Both the position numbers and the translations under genes were made by a program. From a virus (taxonomy: Duplodnaviria; Caudoviricetes): 64,000 nt of DNA. Of the stretch, positions 46,369 through 55,515 are shown in pieces. The notes beneath the pieces are model-generated. The model was not told where the DNA came from, searched no databases, and saw only the letters and a program-made list of their open reading frames with translations. The stretch spans positions 1 to 64,000 of IMG/VR virus record IMGVR_UViG_2508501001_000004. One strand, 5' to 3'. Within the stretch, counting starts at the first letter, position 1. Each line of letters begins with the position of its first letter.

Positions 46369-46773
46369 GTGAAAATCTGCCTTAATTGTGGAGATAAATT
46401 ATTGGATGCAGCCAAAAAATGTCCTACGTGCAAAACAAAAGATAAAGGATTTCCAATTGTTGACTCAAACGATAAGGATACTATTAACCGCATTATTGCC
46501 GGTGTTCCTAATCCCAAAGACCTAACAATGATCAAGCGAGATTTAGAACAAAGAAGGCAAATTGCGGCAATGGACAAAGAAGGAGTTGCCTATTGCCCCA
46601 AATGCCACTCCACATCTTTGAGCGCCAACAAAAAAGGATTTGGTATAGGAAAAGCCATCATTGGAGCTTTGGCGGCCGGTCCGATAGGTCTCGCCGCAGG
46701 GAATATCGGTGCGAAAAGAATTGAAATAACCTGCCTTAAGTGTGGCCATCAATTTATGGCTGGAGGTAAATGA
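46369..46773 (+). CDS. Antisense-oriented zinc-ribbon membrane moron
   Basis: CLNCG..CPTC; CPKCHS.SLSA.KKGFG.GKA..G...GP.GL.AG.IG...ITCLKCGH. Confidence 0.75.
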   Translation: MKICLNCGDKLLDAAKKCPTCKTKDKGFPIVDSNDKDTINRIIAGVPNPKDLTMIKRDLEQRRQIAAMDKEGVAYCPKCHSTSLSANKKGFGIGKAIIGALAAGPIGLAAGNIGAKRIEITCLKCGHQFMAGGK

Positions 46774-46789
46774 GCCTAATTTTCTCTTC

Positions 46790-46972
46790 CTATTTCTTCT
46801 TCAACTTCGCGGCTTCTCTCTTCTCCTTTTTAACCCGGATATCGATCATGGCATAAATCATTGCTTTCTCATTTCTCGGTAGCTCCGCAAACACCCCAGG
46901 CAAAATATGAAACTCGTGGAGGGCGTAGTAAGCATAATTAGCCTCACCATCGCCCCCCTCAATCAGTTTTTT
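46790..46972 (-). other. -1 frameshift extension of tail chaperone; slippery A AAA AAC at 46966-46972
   Basis: GCA AAA AAC TGA; -1 frame KLIEGGDGEANYAYYALHEF...KKK*. Confidence 0.75.
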
Positions 46973-47376
46973 GCTTCTTCAACCAAGTCTTCCATAGTCT
47001 TGTCGTAGCCGTTGATTTCAGAAACAATACTTGAAAGCGTGGCATATTCGCCGTCTCTCATTTTGGTTTTCATTGCATTAAGCAAGTCTTCGGCACCCAG
47101 GACTCCCCAGCTTTTCTGCAATGCTTCGCTTTTAAAATTAGGGTGCACTGTAGTCTCAATAATAATCTTTGTCATAAATGCATCATGATTTGCCTCAACA
47201 ACTTTTTGCCCTTTGTGAAATGTAATCTTGCGGCAACTTTTCCTGATTTCATCACCGGTTGTGGCCGAGATTGGCCTAAACTTCATTTTCTTTTCCTTTC
47301 CGCCAAGACTTACCGGCTTTTCAATAATCTCGGCATCCTCAAAATCTTCCATTAAAAAATCTTGTAAATCATTCAT
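46963..47376 (-). CDS. xkdN: XkdN-like tail assembly chaperone
   Basis: VHPNFKSEALQKSWGV.GAEDLL..GEY. Confidence 0.8.
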   Translation of the reverse strand: MNDLQDFLMEDFEDAEIIEKPVSLGGKEKKMKFRPISATTGDEIRKSCRKITFHKGQKVVEANHDAFMTKIIIETTVHPNFKSEALQKSWGVLGAEDLLNAMKTKMRDGEYATLSSIVSEINGYDKTMEDLVEEAKN

Positions 47377-47455
47377 GCTTTATTCCTCCAATTTTTAACT
47401 AATCATTTTCAACGAAGGCAGGAACGCCAGGTCTTTAATGATCTGACACTTTGCC

Positions 47456-48175
47456 TTACTGCCGATACTTTTCATTTACCAACCTCTCGTTTTCGTTTAT
47501 ATAAGTTATCCCTAGGATTTTCTCAACAAGGTCAGCATACTCTCCCGAGACATACTTCCTTATTTCACCAACAGGATAACTATAAAATATGTCCTTATAG
47601 ATATTTTGGACCCCCGTAATGTTATCAAGGGTCATTCCTGACTTTTTAATCGAATTTATTACCGCGTCTACCTCTTCCCCTAGTTTGTACTCGTCGCAGT
47701 CATCAACGTAACAATTCTTCGCTTCCTCAAGATCGCACACTATGAAATCGACATCACTTTTAATAGGTTTCCATTTTGCTAAGTTGAGCTCCGCTGTCCA
47801 GTCTTCCCCGCAGAAATTATTTAAATCATTTAATACAATACATGCACACATCTGCTTTACGGCACTTGAAGCCTTTTCGTCAGACACAGAAACCTCTTTA
47901 GGCGAATCAAATTTCATTATACTCAGATCCGAAACCACCTCATTAAAATTAACGTCAAACCATTCCCCTATCACTCTCTTGTTCTTATATTTTGCATGCA
48001 AATCGACTTCTGCCTTTTCATAATTACCTATCAAGGGAGAGATAAATGACTTTGTTATTTTTAGTCCGGATTGAGTCTCAAGCGTTCTGAGCCTTTGAGT
48101 GGGGTTTTTTGCTCTACCAATTTTAACTCTTCCCGTTTCATTTGTAATAACATACACGTGCCCATTCTCATTCAT
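47456..48175 (-). CDS. T5orf172/GIY-YIG-like endonuclease-domain protein
   Basis: VYVI..VKIG...NP.QRL.TL...E..LH..Y..RV.GEWF. Confidence 0.8.
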   Translation of the reverse strand: MNENGHVYVITNETGRVKIGRAKNPTQRLRTLETQSGLKITKSFISPLIGNYEKAEVDLHAKYKNKRVIGEWFDVNFNEVVSDLSIMKFDSPKEVSVSDEKASSAVKQMCACIVLNDLNNFCGEDWTAELNLAKWKPIKSDVDFIVCDLEEAKNCYVDDCDEYKLGEEVDAVINSIKKSGMTLDNITGVQNIYKDIFYSYPVGEIRKYVSGEYADLVEKILGITYINENERLVNEKYRQ

Positions 48176-48305
48176 GGAATCTCATCCCTCTCTTTTAGCA
48201 TTATTAAAGAGACCAGAATTATAATCTGATCTCTTTAAAAGAGAGGTTAGCGGTGTGTCTCACGACATGACATAGCCTCAAAAATGACATAATCTCGTTA
48301 CCGGC

Positions 48306-48758
48306 TTATTTAAACTTATCCAAGATATCGGCATCTTCAAAGGTAAATGGCAGCTCCTCTTCGATAGCATCATCGCTGCTTGCATCAAAGGATGCAATGA
48401 TGACACTGTCTAGGTTGCAGTTCTTTAAGACAGTCGTCTGTTTCCCTATGCTTGAGGTCGTATCCTCATTGGTAATCTGCAGGTCGAAATAAAAATCCTT
48501 GCCGGTCTTGATATACTTCAGCATTAAGGACCTGAACAAGCTTGTAACGTAATAAACCGTCAACGTCCCACTGCCTGACCAACCCGTAGATTTCTTGGCA
48601 ACATTCATTCTCCCCAGAATGGGGACATCGGTTTTGGTCTTTTCAATCGTAGCTTCAATGGACTTAGCGTAGAACAACTCTTCTACTTGACCATTGATCG
48701 TCGCAAAGGCCCGGGCTTGCTTCCCTGTGATGACATCTTCCGATTTCATAAAGGCCAT
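48306..48758 (-). CDS. xkdM: Tail tube protein
   Basis: Near-identical to 12851-13318. Confidence 0.9.
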   Translation of the reverse strand: MAFMKSEDVITGKQARAFATINGQVEELFYAKSIEATIEKTKTDVPILGRMNVAKKSTGWSGSGTLTVYYVTSLFRSLMLKYIKTGKDFYFDLQITNEDTTSSIGKQTTVLKNCNLDSVIIASFDASSDDAIEEELPFTFEDADILDKFK

Positions 48759-48759
48759 G

Positions 48760-49443
48760 TTAACTTACCCCCTGTTCATAATAAAGAGGCGGATTACGCA
48801 ACCCACCTCTTTCAAGTATCTCATTAATGTTAAGCCCCCTATGATATTGAGCTCGTACTTTTTGAGGAGAAAGTCCAAATTCATCGGTAAGCTCAATCAA
48901 TAAACGTTCCTCGTTCCTAAATTCAACCTTAATATTATTCCTTTTGTTCCTTGATTGTTGAAATCGAGTAGCAAAAAGGCAATTGTCAGGAAAGTATCCT
49001 TTGTTATTGTCTGCCCTTTCAATAGTAAGCCCATCATGATACCCATTTTGAAGAGCCCACATCTTGAAAGATTGATAACTGTCTCTCCACTCTTTACAAA
49101 TAGTAATTCCTCGCCCCCCGTAATATGGGTAATCAGGGCGATTTTTATTATAGCACCTAGATCTCATATTCCCCCACGTATTGTACAGCTTTGACCCTAC
49201 ATCTCCATGCTTTGTGCTCCTGTCAAGCAATATGTCCATCTTATAGCATCCACAGGACTTGGTGTGCCCACTCAATAAATGCCAATGTTCAACTTCAACT
49301 ATTGCTCCGCATTCACACTGACATTTCCAAAAATGAGAATACCTTTCTCCTTTGTTTTGTTTTTGCCTCTTTCCATAACCAATAACATAGAGTCTTTCGA
49401 AGAGCATATCGGTCAAATCTCGTTTCGGTTTTAAGCTTGGCAC
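48760..49443 (-). CDS. Free-standing HNH-type homing endonuclease
   Basis: WKCQCECG, SGHTKSCGC, YGGRGI.IC.EW, LTIER.DN.KGY.PDNC. Confidence 0.85.
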   Translation of the reverse strand: MPSLKPKRDLTDMLFERLYVIGYGKRQKQNKGERYSHFWKCQCECGAIVEVEHWHLLSGHTKSCGCYKMDILLDRSTKHGDVGSKLYNTWGNMRSRCYNKNRPDYPYYGGRGITICKEWRDSYQSFKMWALQNGYHDGLTIERADNNKGYFPDNCLFATRFQQSRNKRNNIKVEFRNEERLLIELTDEFGLSPQKVRAQYHRGLNINEILERGGLRNPPLYYEQGVS

Positions 49444-49449
49444 GAGTCA

Positions 49450-50766
49450 TCACCTCACTTTTACCAAGAGGTATATACGCTCTACGCTATCCACTGGTTG
49501 CGTGTAGGCCTCAATAAGAACAGCGTCCGCTTCGTTACCCGCAATGACAGTCAGGTCAGTCTGTGAGTCAAAGTTCTGGATGGCATTAATCCCCTGCAGA
49601 GTTTCCATATAGTTCACACATTCATTCTTGAGCAGGTTCCTGCCGTCATCATTGTTATTGACTTTCCCGACGTAAAACTCAGAAAAGATACTTACCAGAT
49701 CATTGTTGATACCGTCTAAAACCCTGATCACGCGGTTCTTGTGGAAAGCTTTACCCTTGTCCACTGTGAAGCTGGTCAGGGTATTAATATCCTGTTCGAC
49801 TAGCGCCCGGTTGTCGCTGGCCGTGAACAAAAACTCCCCGGCTTTTAACGCTGCAATGATCTGGGTATTCGTGTACCTGGGAGCCACATCTACGGCATCG
49901 TCATAGGCTTGGTAGGTTAACGACTCGTTGACCTCAGCTCCCGCTGTGGCACCGGCTACCCAGGCCGTTGCCTGTGCTGCCGTAAGGGTTGTCCCGTTGG
50001 AGAGGACCACGCCATTTTTGACGCTGATCACACCCTCATAGTCGGCTATTGGATAATTCTCCAGGACCACCTGAATTTTCTTGCCCTCATCATCTCGGAG
50101 CCGTTTGCAGAAAGCTGTGAAGGTTGCTTTCAGTGTGTTATCTGTCGAAGGCAAGGCCAGAGTATTAAAGTCAAAAATCTCGACTGCTGCCAGATAATCG
50201 ATATAAGCCTGATTGGTAACCGTACCGTCTGCTCCGCCGGTAAGAGGTGCGCCAGCTGTTTCAGCTAAAGCACCGGTGCCGCTGAATATTACCCAGTCAT
50301 TTGCAATAAGCCCAGCAATATTAGCTACAGTTTGCATATCCTGCTCAACCCCATCTACTAGGGTGGATACATCAAACTTGGTTTCATCGTCGATATTTTC
50401 CTGAATGATTACAGAGATGCTGTTCCCGCGAACCCCGCCCCATTTAGCGGTGACCGAGAGATTGCCAGCTGTAGCCGTTGCCTTCGTCCCGGCGTTAAGC
50501 CTATACAGGAGGAGTTTTTGAGCTCGTTTCAGGGCTTCGTTAACCAAGAGCAATCTAGGATCTGTAATGCTGTAACCCAGCTTAGTCAACGTGTCTTCGC
50601 CGGCTTCAATCGTAATAATCTTACTGGGTTCGCCCCAGCTCAGCGCTAATGGGATCGAGGCTATGCCACGCTCCCCCAGGCTTCCTAGTGCCTGGGGCTC
50701 TGACTTGAAATTGATGTAAACTCCCGGCCTCACTTTATTCTGCGTTGTGAACGTGCCTGCTGCCAT
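49450..50766 (-). CDS. xkdK: Contractile tail sheath
   Basis: NKVRPGVYINF; NRVIRVLD. Confidence 0.95.
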   Translation of the reverse strand: MAAGTFTTQNKVRPGVYINFKSEPQALGSLGERGIASIPLALSWGEPSKIITIEAGEDTLTKLGYSITDPRLLLVNEALKRAQKLLLYRLNAGTKATATAGNLSVTAKWGGVRGNSISVIIQENIDDETKFDVSTLVDGVEQDMQTVANIAGLIANDWVIFSGTGALAETAGAPLTGGADGTVTNQAYIDYLAAVEIFDFNTLALPSTDNTLKATFTAFCKRLRDDEGKKIQVVLENYPIADYEGVISVKNGVVLSNGTTLTAAQATAWVAGATAGAEVNESLTYQAYDDAVDVAPRYTNTQIIAALKAGEFLFTASDNRALVEQDINTLTSFTVDKGKAFHKNRVIRVLDGINNDLVSIFSEFYVGKVNNNDDGRNLLKNECVNYMETLQGINAIQNFDSQTDLTVIAGNEADAVLIEAYTQPVDSVERIYLLVKVR

Positions 50767-50768
50767 TT

Positions 50769-50954
50769 TTATCTAGCCTCCTTCTTCAGAAAATTGTCTA
50801 ATAACTCAAGGACTTCTTCCTGGGTGTATCGTTGCCCATCCTCCAAGAGTGCATTTAAAACATCCTTTTGAGGATACTTTTTAGACTTCAGTATCTGCTG
50901 TTTCGTGTAGGCCTTAGCAACCTGCACTTCTTTTTTGGTGTTAACCATGTACAT
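50769..50954 (-). CDS. Small conserved protein upstream of sheath
   Basis: Paralog of 14638-14820. Confidence 0.6.
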   Translation of the reverse strand: MYMVNTKKEVQVAKAYTKQQILKSKKYPQKDVLNALLEDGQRYTQEEVLELLDNFLKKEAR

Positions 50955-51366
50955 ATCCCTCCTGTTCCATGGTTTGCATGAGCGGGTCGGGCACCGCCTC
51001 TTTCGAAACATGGAAATTATAATTAACAAAAAAATGCAGCACCCCGTCAACAACCTCATGGCGCATTCCTGTGCCCCGGATAAGGCCGTCATCTAAACTG
51101 ATCAGCTCCATCTTGTCATAGAGCTGCTCTGCCATGTCATGCAGCTCCTCATTGCTCCCAGCAAAGTAATGAATATCAAACGAGTGACTGCGCTGATACC
51201 GCCGGCCAAGGAGCTGATCCTGTGATACCGGAAAAAGCTTCACAAAAAAACAAGGCTTTTTAAAACCCTGCTTAATCTCTTCGCCGTATGTTTTTGTGCC
51301 CGGAAAGTGCTGGTCCAACACTGAAATAATGCTGTTTCGAATCAGGTTCACTGTAATTATGCCCAC
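50941..51366 (-). CDS. Tail terminator/completion protein
   Basis: EEIKQGFKKPCFFV; DGVLHFFV. Confidence 0.75.
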   Translation of the reverse strand: MGIITVNLIRNSIISVLDQHFPGTKTYGEEIKQGFKKPCFFVKLFPVSQDQLLGRRYQRSHSFDIHYFAGSNEELHDMAEQLYDKMELISLDDGLIRGTGMRHEVVDGVLHFFVNYNFHVSKEAVPDPLMQTMEQEGYVHG

Positions 51367-51370
51367 GTCA

Positions 51371-51919
51371 TCATCTCCTTGGCGGACGCCCATTCATTAT
51401 TTGCTCTAGGAGCTGGATTTGCTTGCGTTCGAGGTATTTGGGCAGATCCCTTTCGATTTCTTGCATAGAGATCGTCATCATAAATTTACCGCTGACCCAG
51501 CCAATTTTCCTATTCCCTACATACATACCCAAAGAGCCATACCTCTCCTTATAAGCTACCTTTGCCTCTTTGGTCAAGTGTATCACTGATCGGTCATAGA
51601 TGAATTTATTGCCTTCCCAATGCCCCGGTACCCAATGGGAGCGGAAGCCGTATTCAACGAATGAAGCATACTCTAGATTATTAAAAATCTCTATGACATA
51701 AGCGTCACCTGTTCGAGTAACATTCCCAACCTGCCATTTTCGGCGGAGGTCACCGTGGTCTGCCAGCATCCGCATCTTAATCTTTCGTAGAGAGCGCATA
51801 GCCATTTCCGATAGGAACTCCCTGATAAACCGTTCCATTACGCGCTCGTCTAGGGCTTTTTGGAATGACTGAGCCAACCTTTCGAATTCCTCGAAGCGAA
51901 AACTTCCCCAGCGGGCCAT
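51371..51919 (-). CDS. HK97 gp10-family neck protein
   Basis: G.LRR.W, NNLEYASFVEYG, WV.GKFMM motifs. Confidence 0.85.
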   Translation of the reverse strand: MARWGSFRFEEFERLAQSFQKALDERVMERFIREFLSEMAMRSLRKIKMRMLADHGDLRRKWQVGNVTRTGDAYVIEIFNNLEYASFVEYGFRSHWVPGHWEGNKFIYDRSVIHLTKEAKVAYKERYGSLGMYVGNRKIGWVSGKFMMTISMQEIERDLPKYLERKQIQLLEQIMNGRPPRR

Positions 51920-52287
51920 TAGGCTTTATCCTCCCTTTGCAGGCTGATTTCCTGATGGGAGCCATAAACAAAGGGTTCTCCCGTCGTAAATTTCAGCGTC
52001 CTGCCACAATGAGTGACTACCAGCGTGTCCCCCTGTTTAATCTCTAACTCAGGTGCAATAAAAAGCTTCGTCTCGTAGAGGATATTGTTTGTAGATTCTG
52101 TTTGCTGATTACTGGCCAGCGACTTCTGAGATAGCTTACATTTTTGATCGATATGAACTGACTGCAGCTCCTGCCGGGTCTCCCCGGATGGCTTCTTTAC
52201 GTCGATCATGCGGCTAACTGTGCAGGTGTCTTCATACAGCTTTTCTATGGCTCTACGGTGGCGTTTGTAGTTAATCATGCCTACCAC
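51919..52287 (-). CDS. Head-closure/head-tail adaptor
   Basis: LYEDTCTV, KLFIAPELEIKQGD, Y.SHQEI.L. Confidence 0.75.
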   Translation of the reverse strand: MVGMINYKRHRRAIEKLYEDTCTVSRMIDVKKPSGETRQELQSVHIDQKCKLSQKSLASNQQTESTNNILYETKLFIAPELEIKQGDTLVVTHCGRTLKFTTGEPFVYGSHQEISLQREDKA

Positions 52288-52670
52288 CTAAGCTTTCGGT
52301 ATCGGTTCAAATCGATTTTGTAATTCAAAACGACTTGATCAATTGAGGACTTCGAAGTATTAGACACCCCGTCTCCTCTTCCGGGGCTTACCTGTGTATC
52401 TCCAATTTTCACGGCTTCAGAGCCGCCGACCGTATCGGAGATTTCATCCACATGGGGAAGGTCAATCCGGACAGCGTCAATAGTCATCGATACCCAGGTG
52501 AATTTTAAAGAGTTCGGGATATCTAAAAGGTTGCAATAATGCAAAATTCGCCATCCGAGTTCTTCAATGTAATCTTTTATTAAGCTATCCATATCCTCAG
52601 TTTTCAACTCCAGGCGATTTTTTACCTTTGTTAGGATAGTTTCTTGGTTGCTTGGATCGCTTGGGTGCAT
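52281..52670 (-). CDS. Head-tail connector (gp6/gp15-like)
   Basis: IL.YCN..DIP..L; VK.GDT.VS; LNRYRKL. Confidence 0.8.
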   Translation of the reverse strand: MHPSDPSNQETILTKVKNRLELKTEDMDSLIKDYIEELGWRILHYCNLLDIPNSLKFTWVSMTIDAVRIDLPHVDEISDTVGGSEAVKIGDTQVSPGRGDGVSNTSKSSIDQVVLNYKIDLNRYRKLRW

Positions 52671-52818
52671 TATCTTTCCTCATCTCCCCTTCTTGCCCGC
52701 TTGCTTTTTTATTTCCTGGGGAGCCCGGCTCGTTCTGATCTTTATGCCCTTCCAGATCGGCTTCTTTTTTCTTTTCTTCCGCCAACCTGCGGGCACGGAT
52801 AAATGCAGTGGCACTCAT
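52597..52818 (-). CDS. Small basic protein after capsid
   Basis: MSATAF..RR start typical of this position. Confidence 0.45.
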   Translation of the reverse strand: MSATAFIRARRLAEEKKKEADLEGHKDQNEPGSPGNKKASGQEGEMRKDNAPKRSKQPRNYPNKGKKSPGVEN

Positions 52819-52819
52819 T

Positions 52820-53029
52820 TTACTCCTCCAGCGTGGCGATCCTGGCTGCAAATTCAGCCAGGATCGATTGAACGTCTGTTCCTGTAACTCCGGGAATTTC
52901 AGATACAGTAACAGCAGAGGCGGAAATAGATCCGCCCTCGCCGCTTTCCAACTTTTCCAGGCATTTAATCACTCCATGGATTTTTCCCACTGGCGTTGTT
53001 CTGGATTTAACACTGCTTAAATCTGGCAT
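52820..53029 (-). CDS. Small head-associated protein
   Basis: Directly follows MCP; G.DVQS.L.E motif. Confidence 0.5.
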   Translation of the reverse strand: MPDLSSVKSRTTPVGKIHGVIKCLEKLESGEGGSISASAVTVSEIPGVTGTDVQSILAEFAARIATLEE

Positions 53030-53042
53030 TTTGCAGCCCCCC

Positions 53043-53999
53043 TTACGCTATCTTATGGACAAACTGAACTATACGGATATTCTTATTCTCATATACTCTC
53101 TCCCAATTATCCGGGGTTTCCAACTCTGCGTTAGTGGGGGATACCCCTGTCACTGAATCCTCCGTCCATTTTACGCCCCGTGGGTGCAGGATAAAATGCT
53201 GCCGGTTGACAAGAATATCGTCGCCCTGCAGGCTGTCGCGATCCGTTTCCGTGGGTACTGGTGCAGCCCCATTGCCAAAACCGATCGCCCCTGGTCCAAA
53301 CAGGTAAGTAGTGTAGACACCGGCTGCATTGGGGTGTCCATCGTCCACGAGAACCCGCTTGCCCAGGTAAGCGGCAAAAGCAGCGCCGGTCACAGGGTCT
53401 TTCTGCCATTCAATCAACTGGTCCTTCAGCAGTTTGCTGTAAACGGCGCTGTGCATAGAGAAGGCTGTAAGCTTGTCGGCGGCGTCTCCAAGCTTCTGTT
53501 GGGCGTCAACGGTCGTGGTTGCGCTAATGACGGCAGCAGAGCCGGCAGCTCCGGAAATGTCATGCTTGTTGCCGGCCATACTAGGCGTTGCAAATACACC
53601 TTTCAATGTACTGAACAGCATTTTCTGGCGATCCCTGTTCCACCATGCCGCCACAAGATCAGCAATAGCCCGAAGGGGATCGTCCCCAGACAGAGCTTTG
53701 GCAAGGTCGTTGGCCCCCCACGCTTTGCCCCTGGTATGCAATCGAGACATATCTTTGGCAGCGACAATGTGATTTACCGATAAAGGGGTTGTATCGCTAA
53801 GGATTTCAGAGTCACCTGTTAGGTCGTTCCAGAACGGCATATTAAGGATGGTTCCTCCGGTTGCCGCAAGTTCGTCCAATTGCGAATCCGGAACAACAAT
53901 CCCAGATTGCACCAAGGCCGAAAGTTCTGCTGTGCGTTGAATTAAATAAGGGTTAAATACTTCGGGGACGATCACGTCCGCTATACGTGTTGCTGGCAT
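53043..53999 (-). CDS. Major capsid protein
   Basis: T.IADVI.PEVFNPY, MPFWNDL.G, RGKAW, HPRGVKW. Confidence 0.92.
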   Translation of the reverse strand: MPATRIADVIVPEVFNPYLIQRTAELSALVQSGIVVPDSQLDELAATGGTILNMPFWNDLTGDSEILSDTTPLSVNHIVAAKDMSRLHTRGKAWGANDLAKALSGDDPLRAIADLVAAWWNRDRQKMLFSTLKGVFATPSMAGNKHDISGAAGSAAVISATTTVDAQQKLGDAADKLTAFSMHSAVYSKLLKDQLIEWQKDPVTGAAFAAYLGKRVLVDDGHPNAAGVYTTYLFGPGAIGFGNGAAPVPTETDRDSLQGDDILVNRQHFILHPRGVKWTEDSVTGVSPTNAELETPDNWERVYENKNIRIVQFVHKIA

Positions 54000-54024
54000 G
54001 TTAACATCACCTCATAAGTTATTT

Positions 54025-54666
54025 TTATTGTTTAGCTATAGCCTGGAGTTGCTTTGCTAGATCGGGATTATCCCGCAGGAGTCGGCCTTGCTCCGTCAAA
54101 TTAAAGGTTTCCTTCTTCCATGGATTGACCTGACCATCTCCGCTTTTATGCCTCTTACTTTCATGAGGTTGAGCCCCTTTGAATTGGGGGTCTGCCGGAT
54201 CCTTCTTCTCGACAAACAAAAAAGCCTTGCTTTCCCGCAGGGCTTTGAGTTGATCGTCTAATCCTGATTTAATAGTCCCATCCTCATTAACATCAATTTT
54301 GGTTTTATCAAGAAGTGTGGAAATCAAATCCGGGTCGTGAGCATCACCGGCCACAGAAAGCTTAATTGCCGTCGAGATGGACATATCCCGCAGCTTCGCC
54401 TGGTACTCTTCCTCCTTTTTCTTATTGTCTTTTTGAAGCTGCTCAATTTGACCTTTAAGGGTTTCGTTGTCTCCGGCAGACTTCTTTAGATCGGCCAGCT
54501 GCCCATCCCGTTCCTTCAACGCTTCTTCGGATTTCTTTTTTGCCTCGTTGACCTCGTCAAAACGAACCTTGGGAATATATCCTTTGAGCTCTTCCTGAGA
54601 TGCCTGAGCGGCTTTCTCTGCTTGCTCTTCGCTCAACCCTAAAGCGACAAATTGTTCTTTAGTCAT
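54025..54666 (-). CDS. Capsid scaffold (GP20 family)
   Basis: YIPK.RFDEVN; NPWKKETFNLTEQG. Confidence 0.9.
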   Translation of the reverse strand: MTKEQFVALGLSEEQAEKAAQASQEELKGYIPKVRFDEVNEAKKKSEEALKERDGQLADLKKSAGDNETLKGQIEQLQKDNKKKEEEYQAKLRDMSISTAIKLSVAGDAHDPDLISTLLDKTKIDVNEDGTIKSGLDDQLKALRESKAFLFVEKKDPADPQFKGAQPHESKRHKSGDGQVNPWKKETFNLTEQGRLLRDNPDLAKQLQAIAKQ

Positions 54667-54687
54667 TTTATATCCGTCCTCTCATCT

Positions 54688-54770
54688 TCACTTTTAACCC
54701 GGTCGTGTCCGGTGATGACTTTGTAGTTAACGCCCAAAATTCCAAAATGGCGGCATAATAAAAGACACCT
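54688..54770 (-). ncRNA. Conserved structured scaffold-leader RNA, copy 2
   Basis: CGCC..GGCG and ATCACCGG-ACACGA-CCGG..GTGA hairpins. Confidence 0.6.
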
Positions 54771-54847
54771 CGTCACAGGTGCCAAATCTGGTATAATTTT
54801 CTTATCAGCACTTACTCGCTGAATATCTAGGAAAGGAGAACTTTCAT

Positions 54848-55080
54848 ATGGGCAAAAATCAATGGGTGTCGCCCAGAGGTAATGGAAAATGGGGCGTTCA
54901 TGGCGAAGGTAACGAGCGCGATACTAAACAATTTGAAAACAAAAAGATGCCATTGACTATGGCAAAGCCATTGCCAAGAATCAGGGCTCAGAATTAATTA
55001 TTCAAGGCGGAAACGGTAGAATTCAGTCAAAAGACAGCTACGGCAAGGACCCCAATCCTCCCAAAGATACCGAGCACTAA
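54848..55080 (+). pseudogene. DUF2188-family protein, frameshifted in the A5 run at 54941-54945
   Basis: MGKNQWV..W.V.GEGN..; +1 A restores KDAI..A..Q.SELIIQ...G.IQ.KDSYG.DP.PP. Confidence 0.75.
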
Positions 55081-55226
55081 TCGTATGTTGGCGTCATTCT
55101 TACCCTAAAGCCATCGCTTACATCTACATCCTCATTTGTGATTGCGGCAATGGTTTTAGGGTTTTCTTCATCGGTTTCAATTACAATTTTTGTGAACTGA
55201 TTTGATAGAACTCTAAAATCCTCCAT
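55077..55226 (-). CDS. 49-aa acidic hypothetical protein
   Basis: GGAGGG RBS; MEDFRVLSNQFTKIVIETDEENPKTIA.IT. Confidence 0.5.
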   Translation of the reverse strand: MEDFRVLSNQFTKIVIETDEENPKTIAAITNEDVDVSDGFRVRMTPTYD

Positions 55227-55283
55227 ATTTGCTCCCTCCTCTCCTGAAATAAAAATACCACCTATCGAAACCGATAGATGGCT

Positions 55284-55511
55284 TTAACCGTTTTCAATTA
55301 ATCGCATGGCCTTAGCTCCAGAAATTTCATCCGCTCTAAATACCATGTCCGAGCTTCCAATGCCGTCTCCGTCATATCCCATGACCCTATCCATCAACAG
55401 ATTATCATTGTCCACGATCCAGCCTTTTTCTTTGTCATGTAGATACGGCACAAAGTCCTCTATCTTGCCAACCTGATTCAGGTCAGTCAAATAATAATAA
55501 GTTGTGTCCAT
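55284..55511 (-). CDS. Probable immunity protein of the MuF toxin (IapK-like)
   Basis: 75 aa, acidic, 4 nt downstream of toxin; GW..D...G...I....A..LI pattern. Confidence 0.6.
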   Translation of the reverse strand: MDTTYYYLTDLNQVGKIEDFVPYLHDKEKGWIVDNDNLLMDRVMGYDGDGIGSSDMVFRADEISGAKAMRLIENG

Positions 55512-55515
55512 TATC

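Noticed and set aside
53131-53783. Long antisense and alternate-frame ORFs within the capsid and other structural genes
   Set aside because: Typical shadow ORFs opposite GC-rich coding sequence; no RBS or recognisable motifs
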